DNA of 64,000 nucleotides from Pocillopora damicornis (Eukaryota): NCBI RefSeq assembly GCF_003704095.1, contig NW_020845558.1, positions 806,001 to 870,000 of the forward strand, read 5' to 3'. Shown piece by piece: positions 50,342 to 63,099 of this stretch (position 1 is its first letter; each line of letters starts with the position of its first letter). The notes under the pieces were generated by a model. It saw only the letters and a program-made list of their open reading frames with translations, ran no database searches and was not told where the DNA came from. The position numbers and the translations under genes were made by a program.

Positions 50342-53300
50342 TCAGTCGAAGAATGCTCTTCTGGTGTTTGCACCAAATAAAGTCTCCCTAATCTCTGGCA
50401 TCATCTGCAATAACAATGAAAGAAACATTTAAACATTTAAATAAATAAATGTATGTAAAAAATTAACTCATATGCTACTTCAATATAGGATATAATTACA
50501 CACCTGTTTACTCATCATTTCAAGGCGGCTCTCTAATGTGTTTACAACTTTAATCCGTCCTTGTTTTGCTAACAATTCAACACCACCCGCACTGCAGTTG
50601 AATAGAATAATGATATAAATATATATACAAAATAATTGCATAAAAATTACAAGGTTGGTTTGGATATGTTTACAGCCAGTCTGTGTAGGTGACAGTTCAA
50701 CATATTTTGATGTGTTCTAATGTCACAATTCAAAAGTGAGGCAGGATAAGTGCATTGTGCAAACCCACAATTGTCTACTTTGTTCCTGCTTACCATAGAA
50801 AAACAGAGATTGTTGCTGTAAGAACCACTATGAATGTCTCTCACCTGGCATAGGGCTGACTGGACACCTTACAAATTCAGAGTGGTAACACAAGAGCCAG
50901 AGAAATCACTATTAAACCCTTCCTTTGACCCCTTAGAGTAACTAGTGTCTAATTTCTCCTTACAATATCACCTGTGAATCACATTACGGTCATGAGAATA
51001 AAGGAAATGATCAATCACTAAAACAATCTCAATTTCCCCTCTCAAGTAGGCACCCCCCTTCTCCCTCACTTTTTCAAATAGTAGGGATACTAGGAAAACC
51101 TGTCTCTTTTACCACCTTTTTAAAGCTTCAACTACAGAAGAATCAATACAGAATAACAGTTTGATAATACGCACCCCCTTTGATTAAGCACCCTCCTCTC
51201 AATTAGTGACCCTCCTTTTGGCTGAAATTTTAAGTAAGTGCCCGGGTGTGGAAGTATGGTATTTCTAACTGCTCTAGCATCAAACAACATACTTACCAGT
51301 CAGAGCCTAAAAATGTCTGTTCATCAATGCTTAATTCTACACTTTTCTTTGTGGCTTTTTTATATTCCTCAACAGCAGCATCCTTTACACCCTGCATAAT
51401 TATTAAGATATTATAACAACTGAAATCTTTTAATTTTCATTCCTATTAAATTTTATAAAAGTAAAAAAAAGTAAAATTCAGTGTGGTGTTAAAGTATGTT
51501 CAAACTTTGTAAAATTTTTATGTTGCATTGCACCAAATAGTGGCTTCATTTTTGTGAAGAAATATCTATTTAAGCATCAACTGAATGTTTACATTGTTAT
51601 TTTATAATTCTGGCTGTCATTAAGTCAGTTTCCATGGAAAAAAATCTTACAAAATTTATGGATTCAAAATTTGTTGAAAGCAAACACAAAATTGCAGTAA
51701 AAAAGACCCTTTTCAATGTGCTGACAACCAAGAAGTTCAGACATAACTACCTTTTTCAATGTTTGTGCAAGGCCATATACAATCAAAACTTTTAATAAGG
51801 AGTTGAGATTCAGACCCACATTTGTTATAATTAGATTTGTGAATATATCATAGAAATCCAAAGTTAAAAATACTACCTTCAAAATATCAAGGTCTTGTTG
51901 GCGACACCGAATTGACACAGCTGGCTCCAGGAGCTGAAATAATCCCTGAAGAGGAGACAGTATATTTTCATGAAAACACTTAAAGTACTTATACCAAGTA
52001 ATTGCAAACAATTGCCCTGAAACAATGACAAAATGTGAGGCAGCCACATTGAAAATTAGTGCCCCTGGTATAATCACCATGTGCAAGGTGATTATAGTGA
52101 GATATAATGCAATCCTCTACCAATAAGAGTATGCACATCTCTTTTCACCTGAGCAATTATGTCTAATACCAGATGTTAGATGAAGCTAAACTTACTTGTG
52201 TTATAAGGCCTTTGACAACTTGCGAGTACTGAGTCTTGTCTTGTGTCACCTTACCAAGCTGTTTAACTGCATCATCAAGTATAGCCTGTGAATAACATGC
52301 GATAAGATTCATCCACTTAATGGGTTGACTAAAACAAAACCGAGGGATTCCTCTTTTCACCAGAAATTGATAATACAAATAGTAAGAATGACATTTTGAT
52401 TTTTCTCCCAATCTTTCCCTTTATCTACTTCAATCTGGATTGTTTTGCAAGTCTAACCCGTTCCACTTCCAAGATTTCATTTATTTTGCAATTCTCCTTC
52501 CTGTCTGCTACACAATTTCCATGATGCAAGTTTGAAGAATTTTGCACTGGATAAACTAATGATTCCCTTCTGATGCTTTTCTTTATTCTCACCAATCATC
52601 TGCTTGACACTGTATTATCATTGTAAAGTAAAACTCTGTCTTGGTCACTGATGGGAGGTAAAGGATTAACCATGTAGGACATTTTGACCTTCCAAGTCAA
52701 ATAGGGTTTAAAGTTTTAATTTCTGATTTGACCAAATCTTGTCTTCACATTTAAAGTAAGTTTGCAATTACCCTGATATGATCATCCTGTGCCTTGAGGG
52801 TCTTCAGTCGTGACTGATTCAGCTGATTTGATCTCTGACTAAATATTAACATTGACAAAAAATATGTATGCAAAGATTGTTTTCAATATATATATAAATT
52901 AGATATATGTTGTCAAAATTGTGTTATATGTACATGTGATTATATGATACACAATCGATTTTGAGGTAAATTTTCTTTTTGTATGCAAAGATGAAACTTT
53001 TCATTTTGTGGATTTTCACATCCAAGTACTAAATTATTCATCAAGGCAAAAGATTCACAACATCAATTATTCAACAAAAAAAAAATCAGCTAAAACTAAA
53101 TGTTACAAGATTTTGTTCGAGTTTGGCTTGGAGTTTTAAATTTTACTTCTGCTTGGTTAAATAACTATACTACAAAAGGAGCCATAGGTACCAAAAACAA
53201 AAAGGCTTCAAGATAAACTGAGCTAAAGATTTTTAATAAAACTAAAAGGCGATCAGCTAACAAGCACTCAACTTTTGTTCTCAATAATCCTGTATAATTA

Positions 53301-53635
53301 TTTTTTTCACTACTGGAAATAAAACTAACAATCTCTTGGAAATTTTGTGATCACAGCAAAAATTTACCTTTTCATTCCTGTTTTATTAAGACATAAATTA
53401 CTCAGTCCCAACATCTCTAAAAAATCTGATGAAAATGTCTTTAAAAACATGAAATATAATAAACATGTATATCATATTCCTACCTATAACAATTTAATTA
53501 CCTACAGTGGCTAAGCTACACTTACATTTTCTTCTGCAACTCAACTTGCTTTTCTTTCTTCTCATAAAAAGTCATTATTTTGAGACGCTCCTGCTGTACG
53601 AGGCGACCTTTCTCAATATTGAACTCTTCTTCTGC
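50342..53635 (-). CDS. ATP6V1E1: V-type proton ATPase subunit E (5'-partial; first ~33 codons not in the assembled sequence)
   Basis: Exons 53635-53526, 52838-52772, 52285-52196, 51945-51877, 51391-51297, 50591-50504, 50404-50342 in phase: [47 protein letters not shown]...[13 protein letters not shown]...GGVEL....[13 protein letters not shown]...[13 protein letters not shown]. Confidence 0.95.
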
Positions 53636-53674
53636 CTAAAAATAGGTAAATGGGACAAAATTGAAGGGGTTGCT

Positions 53675-53886
53675 TTAACCCTTTACTCCCTAACATCAGT
53701 ATCCATATTCTCCTTACTACTCTCTAGACATTTCCTAAGGTTCTGACAAGGAGAATTTGTTCAGCAATCAAGAGCTTCTTTAGTTGGTGATCATCTCCTT
53801 TATTCTCATGACCTTAATGTTTAATTTAGGGATGATGCTGTAAGGAGAAATTAGATGCTAGTCGCTCTTAGGGGTTAAAGGGTTAA
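53675..53886. mobile_element. Best-preserved copy of the abundant ~200-bp TTAA-flanked MITE family
   Basis: TTAACCCTTTA ... TAAAGGGTTAA termini. Related copies at about 8325-8530, 9080-9270, 13320-13535, 14870-15070, 28585-28795, 38845-39075 and 52455-52670. Confidence 0.85.
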
Positions 53887-54485
53887 CCATTCTAGATGAT
53901 ACTTTTTATTCTGGGATTTAAACCAGCGCTCCCAAAGCTTTGCTAAGTCAACCAGGATTAGTAGAAAAGAGAAAAGCATCTTTTTTGATTACTCATTCTT
54001 TGAGAAAACTTCAGACATACCACCCTTTTCTTTGACCAGTATAAAGGCTATAAACTAAGGTTGTAATATGGTGCCAGTAATAGGTAAGCAATGGGTAGAT
54101 CACGAGGCCATCAACAAGAATAAAAAAGGAAGGGGTACTTAAGAGTACACTGTACATTTCACCTCTATTTTTATTGATATACTTTTTTTTAAAACTATTC
54201 CTAAAACATGATTTTGCCTTTTGTAGAATGATGACTTATGACTACCTAGATCTCTGCATGAACTTGAAAGAGTATTGGGTGTCAGCTGTCACGAGTGAAG
54301 ATACACACTTTAAGGTAAACGATGACTTTCACAAGATAAATGGAAGATCTAGGGAATATGAATGTGAACATCCACCCGATGAGCCGATGGAACCATGTAA
54401 AGACATGTTAGGACGAGGGGAAGACGAACGAAAGTAAGAATGGAAAGTTTCAAAGCTTAACACAAGAAAAGGATATAACCCTTGT

Positions 54486-54585
54486 NNNNNNNNNNNNNNN
54501 NNNNNNNNNNNNNNNNNNNNNNNNNNNNNNNNNNNNNNNNNNNNNNNNNNNNNNNNNNNNNNNNNNNNNNNNNNNNNNNNNNNNN
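54486..54585. other. Assembly gap (100 N)
   Basis: Run of N. Confidence 1.
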
Positions 54586-54699
54586 AATGGACGGTACTGG
54601 AGGTTGGAAAGGATACGACATTTCGAAAATTTTCAACTCCGAATACAGTGCTTCTAGTGTTCTGATCGGTTTACTTAACTCCAGTTATCGGCTCTTAGG

Positions 54700-55165
54700 A
54701 TCCATCAAATGTTTTTGCTCATGCGCGATTGGTCTAAACGTATCACTAAGGGGGATATCCGAGGATATCATCCAAATGATTTTCCTGATGTTCGAACCTT
54801 ACGTCCGCTACGATAAGTCTTCGTTTAAAATTTAATTCAACAAGAGAGAGAGTTTTATGGCTGTTACAGAAGAAGGGAATATTTGCTTGTTTATAAAGTC
54901 GTACCTGAGGACACTCAGAGGAAACATCCCACGCAGAAAACAGGAAGCTATTCGCAAAAATTTTTTCACTCCCGTTGCAAAACATTTGAAGGATAATAAA
55001 CAGAAGAGCCTTTGTTTTGCGCGAAAATTTGTCTGTTCCTGGAAGCTCACAGTTTTCCTTAAGCTTCGCTTCCCGGGAATCTGTTCGCATCTTGGAACAG
55101 ATAATGACCGCAGACAAATATCCGTGTGCATATTTTCGCGCCAAATAGAGGCTACTGTTTATATA
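54700..55165. repeat. Probable interspersed repeat
   Basis: Resembles a high-copy anthozoan repeat recalled from memory. Overlapping ORFs on both strands have no recognisable protein similarity. Only one copy is present in this window. Confidence 0.4.
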
Positions 55166-57842
55166 GTTCGAGTCACCCTACATGAAAATGTAATGCGCCA
55201 ACTGTCGTGAAGCTGAAAAAGGGCTCCCTAAGTCCAAAAGTTCAGAATTTAGCAAAATTTGATTATTCTATTCGCGCTTGTTGCTACGTGCGTCGTTGGC
55301 TATTTACCCTTTCATATCCAGTGGAAATTCATGGAACAATTGTTAGGTACAGCCTCTTATTATTTTGTCAAGGAAAAAAAATAAATTTTCCTATGAAAAA
55401 GTCTATTATCTTCTTTTATTTTTTTTAACTCAGATTTTGGGTTGCGCTTCGCATGGGATACTTTTTCCGTTAGCTCAATCCCTTTTGGTCTTTTAAGCAT
55501 TTCTACCATTGATTTACAATGTATGTAGATTGCTTATGAGACCAATAAAGTTGATAAGCTATCAGAATCCTACACAGCCTGCCAAAAGAGGAATTTTTTC
55601 TTTCTTTGCTTTTTAACCGGGTTTGCTGAGTCGAGGGCGAAGCGAGTGACAATTTGAACAAGTAGAGACATTTTTCTGCAAATAATCAAAGGTTTTTTTT
55701 TCTAATGTCGCGGTCATCTCATTTAAAGCCTCTTAAGTCATGAAGAAAATTAACAGTTAAAGAAAAAATTCTCACCCGCCCCAAAGTGCCAAAATAATTT
55801 TCTACTTACCGTCTCAACATGTGTTGCTAATTTTATCACCTATACAATTAAAAATTAAATATGCTTTGTTTGACTTTCATACATTACATGAAAATGACTT
55901 GAAAGGACAAACACACACATTCTCCCGTGTTACCATAATTTTCCTAATTCGATCTGCAACCTAACTCGCTCTCCTTTATTTTTCGTCAAAAACGGTCGAT
56001 CGATCAGTTTTGTTCGTGCTTTTAATCATTTTGTTTCGTAAAATAAAGACCATTTCCAAAGAGAAAAAGTAGGAAACCTAAAAATGGTTGACTCGCTATA
56101 ATGGCCTCGTTTCAACAAAGTAAGCGGTCAGACAACGAGCGATGCATTGTGGAAGTAAGGTGAGGTATTGTTATTGAGAAGTTGACATCGTTGCGTCTCA
56201 CAGCTGGAGCTTGGGTTGCCTGTGGCTCACAAGGTGCCGCTTCAAAGCAATTAAGTCGTTGTCAGGTTGTCTCTAAGAGACCCGACCCGCTTCTGTTGTA
56301 ATGCTAGAACGATAGGGCGCAGTATTAAAAAAAATCAGTCATAAAAGGACGCTACAATATACATTTCTGAATATTGATTTTAAAGTGTGTCTATTTCCAG
56401 TACTTCAAATACTTCCCGACACGATCAAGCCCTTCAATAACATTACATCTACTAGAGTTAACCATGTCAAACTAATGCAAAGTGTGTTGCACTCTGTGAT
56501 CCTTGGATGAGTAACTAATTAAAAGGGTAAGTGTACTATTCAGTATTTGAAGTTTTCAAGTTTCTATTCCATTTTTCATTTAGAGGCGGAAAGACTGAAA
56601 TCACTTTTTTGGATGTTAAGTTTTTCCTGTCACACGTTTTGAAATAGCTTTCTCTCGCCTTTCTACTTTGAACTATCATTAGTCGTATGTCAAAATAATC
56701 TATATTGGAATACATATTGAGTAAACACTTGTGGATTTTATGTAATTGAAAATAAATGTTCTGGCTTCAAAGTAAACGCTGTGTTCGCCACCCGGAACGA
56801 AGAAACAGGTAAGAAAACAGTGAAAAACCTTGCATGCAGACTCAGATAAAACTGAATAAGGTATAAGCTTTGAGTATTTTATTTGAAACTTATTAAGCTT
56901 CTGACCTCTATTGCACATTACTATAAAGCGAATACTAGATTATTTTCAGTCCTACTGAGATACGGCCACGTATAAAACTACACTGATTGTAAACTTTATG
57001 AATTGCGCTATTAATGTTCAGGATACAGAAAATTGGCTTGGAGAGTTTGCTTAGGGAATTTTATCCAGCCTCTCACTTACGAAGCAGTTTCGATTTGTGT
57101 GTTCCATTTTTAACAAGTCTTCCATTTTCAAAGCTTTCTCATGAATGCTGGTGTGGCCTTATTTCCCAAACAGCCCCGCTGAAATTTTTCTATGCCAATT
57201 AAGAGAAGCTCGAGCACACAGTGTTGGAATTGAATAGTTATAGCAGGCAACCGATTTGACTCCACAACTCCTTAACTGCTTTAGAAGATATTGTTATTAT
57301 TTATAACGTTTTATAACGTTTGCAACATTTCAACTGGTCAAAATCAATTCGTTGCATCGTTCAGTCTCAACAGTTGTCTGTCAAAATCACTTTTCATCGA
57401 TCATGGTCGTTGTCCAAAAGGAGGCACAAATTCATTGCTGACGATAGTACTTAAGATCAGCAACCGCTGGAATCTATTTCGTAAACGACACACATTAGTT
57501 CTTTTAAGAAAATTTATAATTTGGATTAGTCTTGGGTCAAATTTACGGCATAAGTATGAGGCGATCAAATGGTATGAAATGGCGTTAGTTTGATGTATTG
57601 CAAATCTGCTCTCTCTCGCCAAATAATTACCTTTTTATAAAACTCTTATCGCCCTCGATACACTACACTTAAGTTAAAAAAAGAGTCTTCAAATACACTT
57701 AGCACGACGTGATCAAAAGACAAACTCTCATCTCTCAATGATTAGCACCTCTTTTTCCCTTTCATCAGTCAGACGAATATTAACTCAATTTCATGTAAAA
57801 CAACTTCAACAGGCTCCAGTTTCTGTATCCAATATTCGTAAG

Positions 57843-59373
57843 ATGGTTTTTTTGAGAAGATTGCTTGGGATTTTTTTGGTATTGCTGGTTTCCGTGATAG
57901 AGATTTTTGCTCCTGATCCAGGTAAAACTCATATTGCTAATTGAAATTCATAGGGTGGTTAATGGGTCATTGAAAAATAAGTATTTCATATCGTAAAAGT
58001 CGTTTTTCCTTTCTTGCTCTATTTTTCTCAATGCCACAAATAGATGTAAAAACCTTGGGAAAATATCTTGTTGATTTTCTAGCTTGACATATGTGGCCAC
58101 TATAGCAACAATATAAGTTGCCGTTAAAAAAAATGAGAAAAAAATATTTGTCACATTCACTCAAAAATTAGCTTGTTGATGGTCAGAGTATTTTAAAATG
58201 TCATAAACTGTCTAATCCTTTTACGTTATGATCCATTAGGAAAACGTGTTCTGGCGAGACAATCAGACGCCACTTACTCTCCTGGTACCGTGACAAAGAA
58301 ATTCATCGCCACATATGTTGTTTTGCTGGACAATGGCAATGAAATTGAGTATAGTTATGAGGATGTAACAGCTGTAGTGCATGACACAAATCCCAACTGG
58401 ACCAGCTTAGGAGATCACGTGATCGCACCGTCACCAAAAGAAAATACGAGCGAGCAATACCTTCTTGGTTTCGTGTCTGATGATTTTTGTCCAGGAAATG
58501 ACACGGAAACGTATGAAATTACTTTGGACCGAGGACACATAGTCGAAAACTGCACGCTGAATATGTTGCGTAAACTCCCTTTTTTCTCCTCAATTCGCCA
58601 AGGTGATCATACAAATGTCAGTTCGACTGACGTTCTGATATTTGCTACCTCTTTGATTTTTAGACGGGGTCGATTGCCGAAGCGGCCTTACAAGAAAGAT
58701 TAATGGATTGGAAATTTTACCCTTGAAAAGTTTGGGATACAATTTTCAAGACTCACACTGATCATTTTCATTTAAGAACTAATTGAATTGGCATAATGTG
58801 GAGAATACTGAACTGCAGGGCCCAGTTGTAAAAAGTGTGGATAACGCTATCCAACGGATAAATCGCTAACTAGCAGATAACTGTTAACCAAAGGTATTGA
58901 GAATTTTCCATTGCATAGGATTATCCACCCTTCGAGAAATCATGGCCAGACCTGTGGCTCTACTTAACTGGCATGCTCCATTCTTTTCTCTTGCAGTCGG
59001 AGCTCGCGTGTTTGCTCGCGGAAGAGACGACTCTTATTATCGCGGATTCGTGAAAAGAACAAGTTACCATGGAAACATACTATACATAGACGTGCAACTG
59101 GACCAGGCGGAATCCATTTCACATCAAGCCAATGACGCAAGAGCCATCATCCTGGATATCATACCATTGTACAGTCACGTGCACGCCACTCAGCGCGTGA
59201 TTGGCTACTATCCTGGGTACTCAAGTTATCTTCCTGGAACAGTGATCAGACGGAATACAGATTGTTGGAAATCAGCTTACCGTGTCAAATTTGACATGGG
59301 GGGACAACGAGATCAGGATTTTCATGAAATTAGAATTCTGCCTCCTTTTGTAAAATTTCTATATTTTCTGTAA
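57843..59373 (+). CDS. Signal-peptide protein with tandem Tudor/SH3-like barrels (DUF4537-like), ~272 aa
   Basis: Exons 57843-57921, 58240-58602, 58997-59373 (phase-1 introns). N-terminal MVFLRRLLGIFLVLLVSVIEIFA; repeats GKRVLARQSDATYSPGTV, GDHVIAP...YLLGFV, GARVFARGRDDSYYRGFV, TQRVIGYYPGYSSYLPGTV...YRVKFDMG. Confidence 0.75.
58819..58947. mobile_element. Degenerate short inverted-repeat element (Harbinger-like MITE)
   Basis: GGCC ends with internal inverted gtggataa/ttatccac; lies in an intron. Confidence 0.45.
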
Positions 59374-62070
59374 AGGGAAAGCCAAACCCTATTTTTTGCT
59401 AAAAGATGGAGGAGACAATGAAATTGAACGGAGCAAATTAAAATAACTAGCGTCACAAATGGATTTGATCAGTTATTGGTTCGAAAGCTAACAAAATGCC
59501 CGAAGAAGCAACTAGTGGGACATGTCATCCCATGGATAAAAAAAAAAGTAAGCAAATAATGAATAAGAGCATGTGGTAATTCGCAACATCCTTTCTGCGT
59601 CACGTTATCGTCACTTTTTTCTTAATTAAGAGATTTCAAATCTCTATGAATAACTGTTTCACAGCGTTCAACCACCCCTTTCCCCGTGAATTATCTTACG
59701 CATGCGGAAAACAAAAACGGCCTCATCTTCATCATTCGTATTATTGAGTCACCAATTTAAAGAAAAAAGACGAAAGTATTTGAAACATAAATCATGGAAC
59801 TGAACGTCACCACCTCAAAAACTTCGTTTATATCACAGATGACAGCCGGTTTTCACAGAGAATCCAGGGGCTTCAAATCGCCGGTGCGTTTATTTTCTCA
59901 GTTTTTATCGCGAGAAGCGAAAGTGTTTTGCCTCTATTCTCCTGTGAAGGGATGCAAATTCATCTTAAGTTAGAGCGTACTTTTGTTTGAATGTCGTAAG
60001 CCATAAACAAAGTAACCACGACAGCCAATCAAAACGATTACCAATCGTCTCGTACCCACGGTCGTTTCGCACTCAGTCGTTTCGTATCCAGCGAGGGCGA
60101 TTCGGGCCCAATCGGTTGATTCGTTCCATACCCATATTAATAAAGTATGTTTTTTCATGTTAAGTATTTTACAGTAAGAATGGCCGTTTTTATGCTAAAG
60201 ACGTAAGTATAAAAACGGCCAATAGAAAAACGAATAAACGAAAAAGGGAGAAAAGAAAAATCTCACTTACACGAGCTGTTATTGTTAAGAAAGTCACAAT
60301 TATAGACAGTAGACTGTTCTATAAAAAAAATATCACACTTACCTTGCGCTAAGCAATGATTTAGTGCTCATGTTAAGAAGGTCACATGTATATACAGCGG
60401 AATTTTCTTTGTATCTCACTCTGTTGACCCTTCTAATTTGTCGCACACACCAATCGATATCTGTTCACGTGCTCGAATGAATGCGTATTGGGTCGGGTAC
60501 AATTCGACTAGCGGTTCAGGTACGAATCGACTCAGAGCGGTACGAGTGTACTGAATTTGGGCATGAAACGACTTAAAACGATCGAGGGTACTAAACGACA
60601 TCAGAACAATGGAACATATCATAAGAAGTCGATGAAAATTCTGAGTAAAAACGTGCGAACAGCTTGCAGCGAGGGAAAGCGCATTCTGATCGGCACTGAG
60701 AAACGATCTGTCGCGACTTAGTAACATGCAAAGTGTAATAACGAATTTGAATTACAACCTGGCTTCAATAAATATATCATGTATTGTTTCCTTTATAATT
60801 CCTCTGCAGCAAAATAATTGGTGTTTATGAAACAAAACGTTGAATGTGAAAATTGAAATTTAATATCGTCAAGGGAAATGGCTGAGGAATAAAGCGAGAC
60901 GGAGTCCATAACCGAATAAACATGAAAACATGAATGAAATAAATAACTTAGGGAACACACGGTTAGACGAATAATCAGCGAAGAATCTGTTGAAATTAGA
61001 TTTTACTATGGATTAAACCAACCTTAAGAAAAAAAAAAACAACTCGCTTGTCTTAAAATTTTTTACCATTTCATATATTCTAGAAAAGCGTTGGCTAAAT
61101 ACTCAATTTTCCGGAAAATTATTTTTTTTTTATTTTCAATCAATAAGACATACGTATGAGACTCGAATTGAATCAGTATGTCTTTATTCATACCAAAGAA
61201 AATTCCGCCTCAGCGAAATTCGGTAAAATTTGTTTCTGCCCAAAATGAAGACAAAGTATTCATTGTTAAGTCTGCCGATATTGAAAGTAAGGTGTCTCGT
61301 GTATTGAAGTTTGGATGAATAAATTATCAAAGCTGCTGTTAACCTAAATGAAATTAAAAACCATATTCGCGCCTAAGTTCGGCACTTGAACAGCACACTC
61401 ATAATTGAAAGAAATAATTGACTCATAATTAAAATTTGAAAAGTAAACTTTATTGAAAAATAGTAATGTTGACTGAAAACTCTAAAACGTTTGTGGAAAG
61501 ATTAAGCAACATCCGGTTAAATAGAAACATTTTCGTCAAGGGAAAGACTTTGGTTGCGAAATGAATAATTTTGTAACTTAGAAACCGCAGACTGGAGAGA
61601 TTTCACTAAAGCTTTTAAAACCATAACCTCTTGTTTGGTGCTAATTGGCACAAAATCCAGCCCATATGGCACATTCTTGACCAATACAAGCGTTTTTCAA
61701 ACAATAAACTTAAAACTATTAAATATTAACGATATTTGGACCTATTTTACTGCTTTCCCGTTCTTTTAATTACATTTGTAATTATCTGGAAAGAAAGAAA
61801 GCTCTGAGTGTTTTAGCCTGGACTCGTAGGATGCGTCGATATATGATACCAGGAAAGGTAGCCATCAGAGACAGATATTTATGCCTTTGATCCCCTCTGA
61901 GTTTCAATGGGCAACAGGTGACTAAAAGGGCACGATAATACCTGACTAACTTTCGTTCGACTGTATTTTCGTAAGATCCTGTTGGCGCGCCGCCGAATGC
62001 TTGCTTATCAGTGGCATAATCGTTTTTGGTTCAGTGGGATCGCACCTTTGATCAACAGTTCACAGATATC

Positions 62071-63099
62071 ATGGAAATAAACAATACTAGAAATGTCGCC
62101 AGTAATATCCCAAGAAACTTGTCCGGAGATTCGTGTAAAACCGAGATGGAAGGGGTGGCGGAGAAAACGGTCTTTACCGTTGGCTATACAGTGGTCATCT
62201 TGGTGTCTCTTGTGGGCAACACTCTGCTTATCAGCACGGTGAAAAGGAACAATCGACTCCATACTATTACTTATCGCCTGATCATAAACTTGGCCGCCGC
62301 GGATATACTAGTGACCTTTTGCAACATGCCGGGAAGATTAGCCAGGCATATAACAGGACGGTATCACTGGTTTGACGGTATACCGGGAATTATCGTCTGC
62401 AAGGCTGCAAGTTTTATCTCTGATTCAACGGTCTCCTGTTCCATTTTAACACTGACGGCCATCGCATTCGAGCGTTTTTGTCTTGTTACATTTCCTCTCA
62501 GGAAGATTGTGACCATCAAGATCGCGAAGTTCATGGTTGTTGCTATCTGGTTGGCGTCCTTCCTCTCTGTATCTCCGCTTCTGTACGCCATGAGCGTCAG
62601 GGAAATAAATGGAGTTATCTACTGTTACGAAGATTGGTCGCCTTTGTTTCACCAGGAAACAGCTGCAAAGGTGTACACAGTAATTATGTTTGTGTTCCTC
62701 TACGCTTTACCTCTGCTGATCATCTGTGTTTTCTACTCTTGCGTTGTTTACAAAGTATGGATCCGGCCGGTACCAATGGCCTGTCGCTCAAACAGAGCCG
62801 TAGAGTTAGACGCGCGGAAAAATGTCCTCAAAATGCTTATTATTGTGGTTGTGGTCTTCACATTGTGTTGGCTTCCTTTACACATTGCATTTTTTCTTTA
62901 CTTTTTTCAAGTGCATGAATATCTCTGCGGAATTCCCCAAGGAGGATTTAGCATCGGGTCTGTTGGGCTCTTCCTCAGCCACGCAACATCTGCAATCAAC
63001 CCGTGTTTGTACGTGGCATTCAACAAGGATATTCGGAAGGGATTTCGAAACATATTGCTGTCATGTTGGTACACCTGTGTTAGGTGTTGCCGTAAATAA
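62071..63099 (+). CDS. Intronless class A (rhodopsin-like) GPCR, neuropeptide-receptor-like, ~342 aa
   Basis: Seven hydrophobic segments; GN (TM1), NLAAAD (TM2), C...IAFERF (TM3), W (TM4), CYEDW (ECL2), Y.LP (TM5), FTLCWLP (TM6), NPCLY (TM7); N-terminal N-glycosylation sequons and a Cys-rich tail. Confidence 0.93.
   Translation: MEINNTRNVASNIPRNLSGDSCKTEMEGVAEKTVFTVGYTVVILVSLVGNTLLISTVKRNNRLHTITYRLIINLAAADILVTFCNMPGRLARHITGRYHWFDGIPGIIVCKAASFISDSTVSCSILTLTAIAFERFCLVTFPLRKIVTIKIAKFMVVAIWLASFLSVSPLLYAMSVREINGVIYCYEDWSPLFHQETAAKVYTVIMFVFLYALPLLIICVFYSCVVYKVWIRPVPMACRSNRAVELDARKNVLKMLIIVVVVFTLCWLPLHIAFFLYFFQVHEYLCGIPQGGFSIGSVGLFLSHATSAINPCLYVAFNKDIRKGFRNILLSCWYTCVRCCRK

Noticed and set aside
50342-53635. 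ATP6V1E as a 5'-truncated pseudogene
   Set aside because: All visible exons and splice sites are intact; the adjacent assembly gap explains the missing start.
54746-55210. Three overlapping ORFs of 99-132 aa
   Set aside because: No recognisable domains; they lie in a probable interspersed repeat.
62026-62070. TTG-start extension of the GPCR ORF
   Set aside because: The first ATG at 62071 (atcATGg) gives a typical glycosylated N-terminus.
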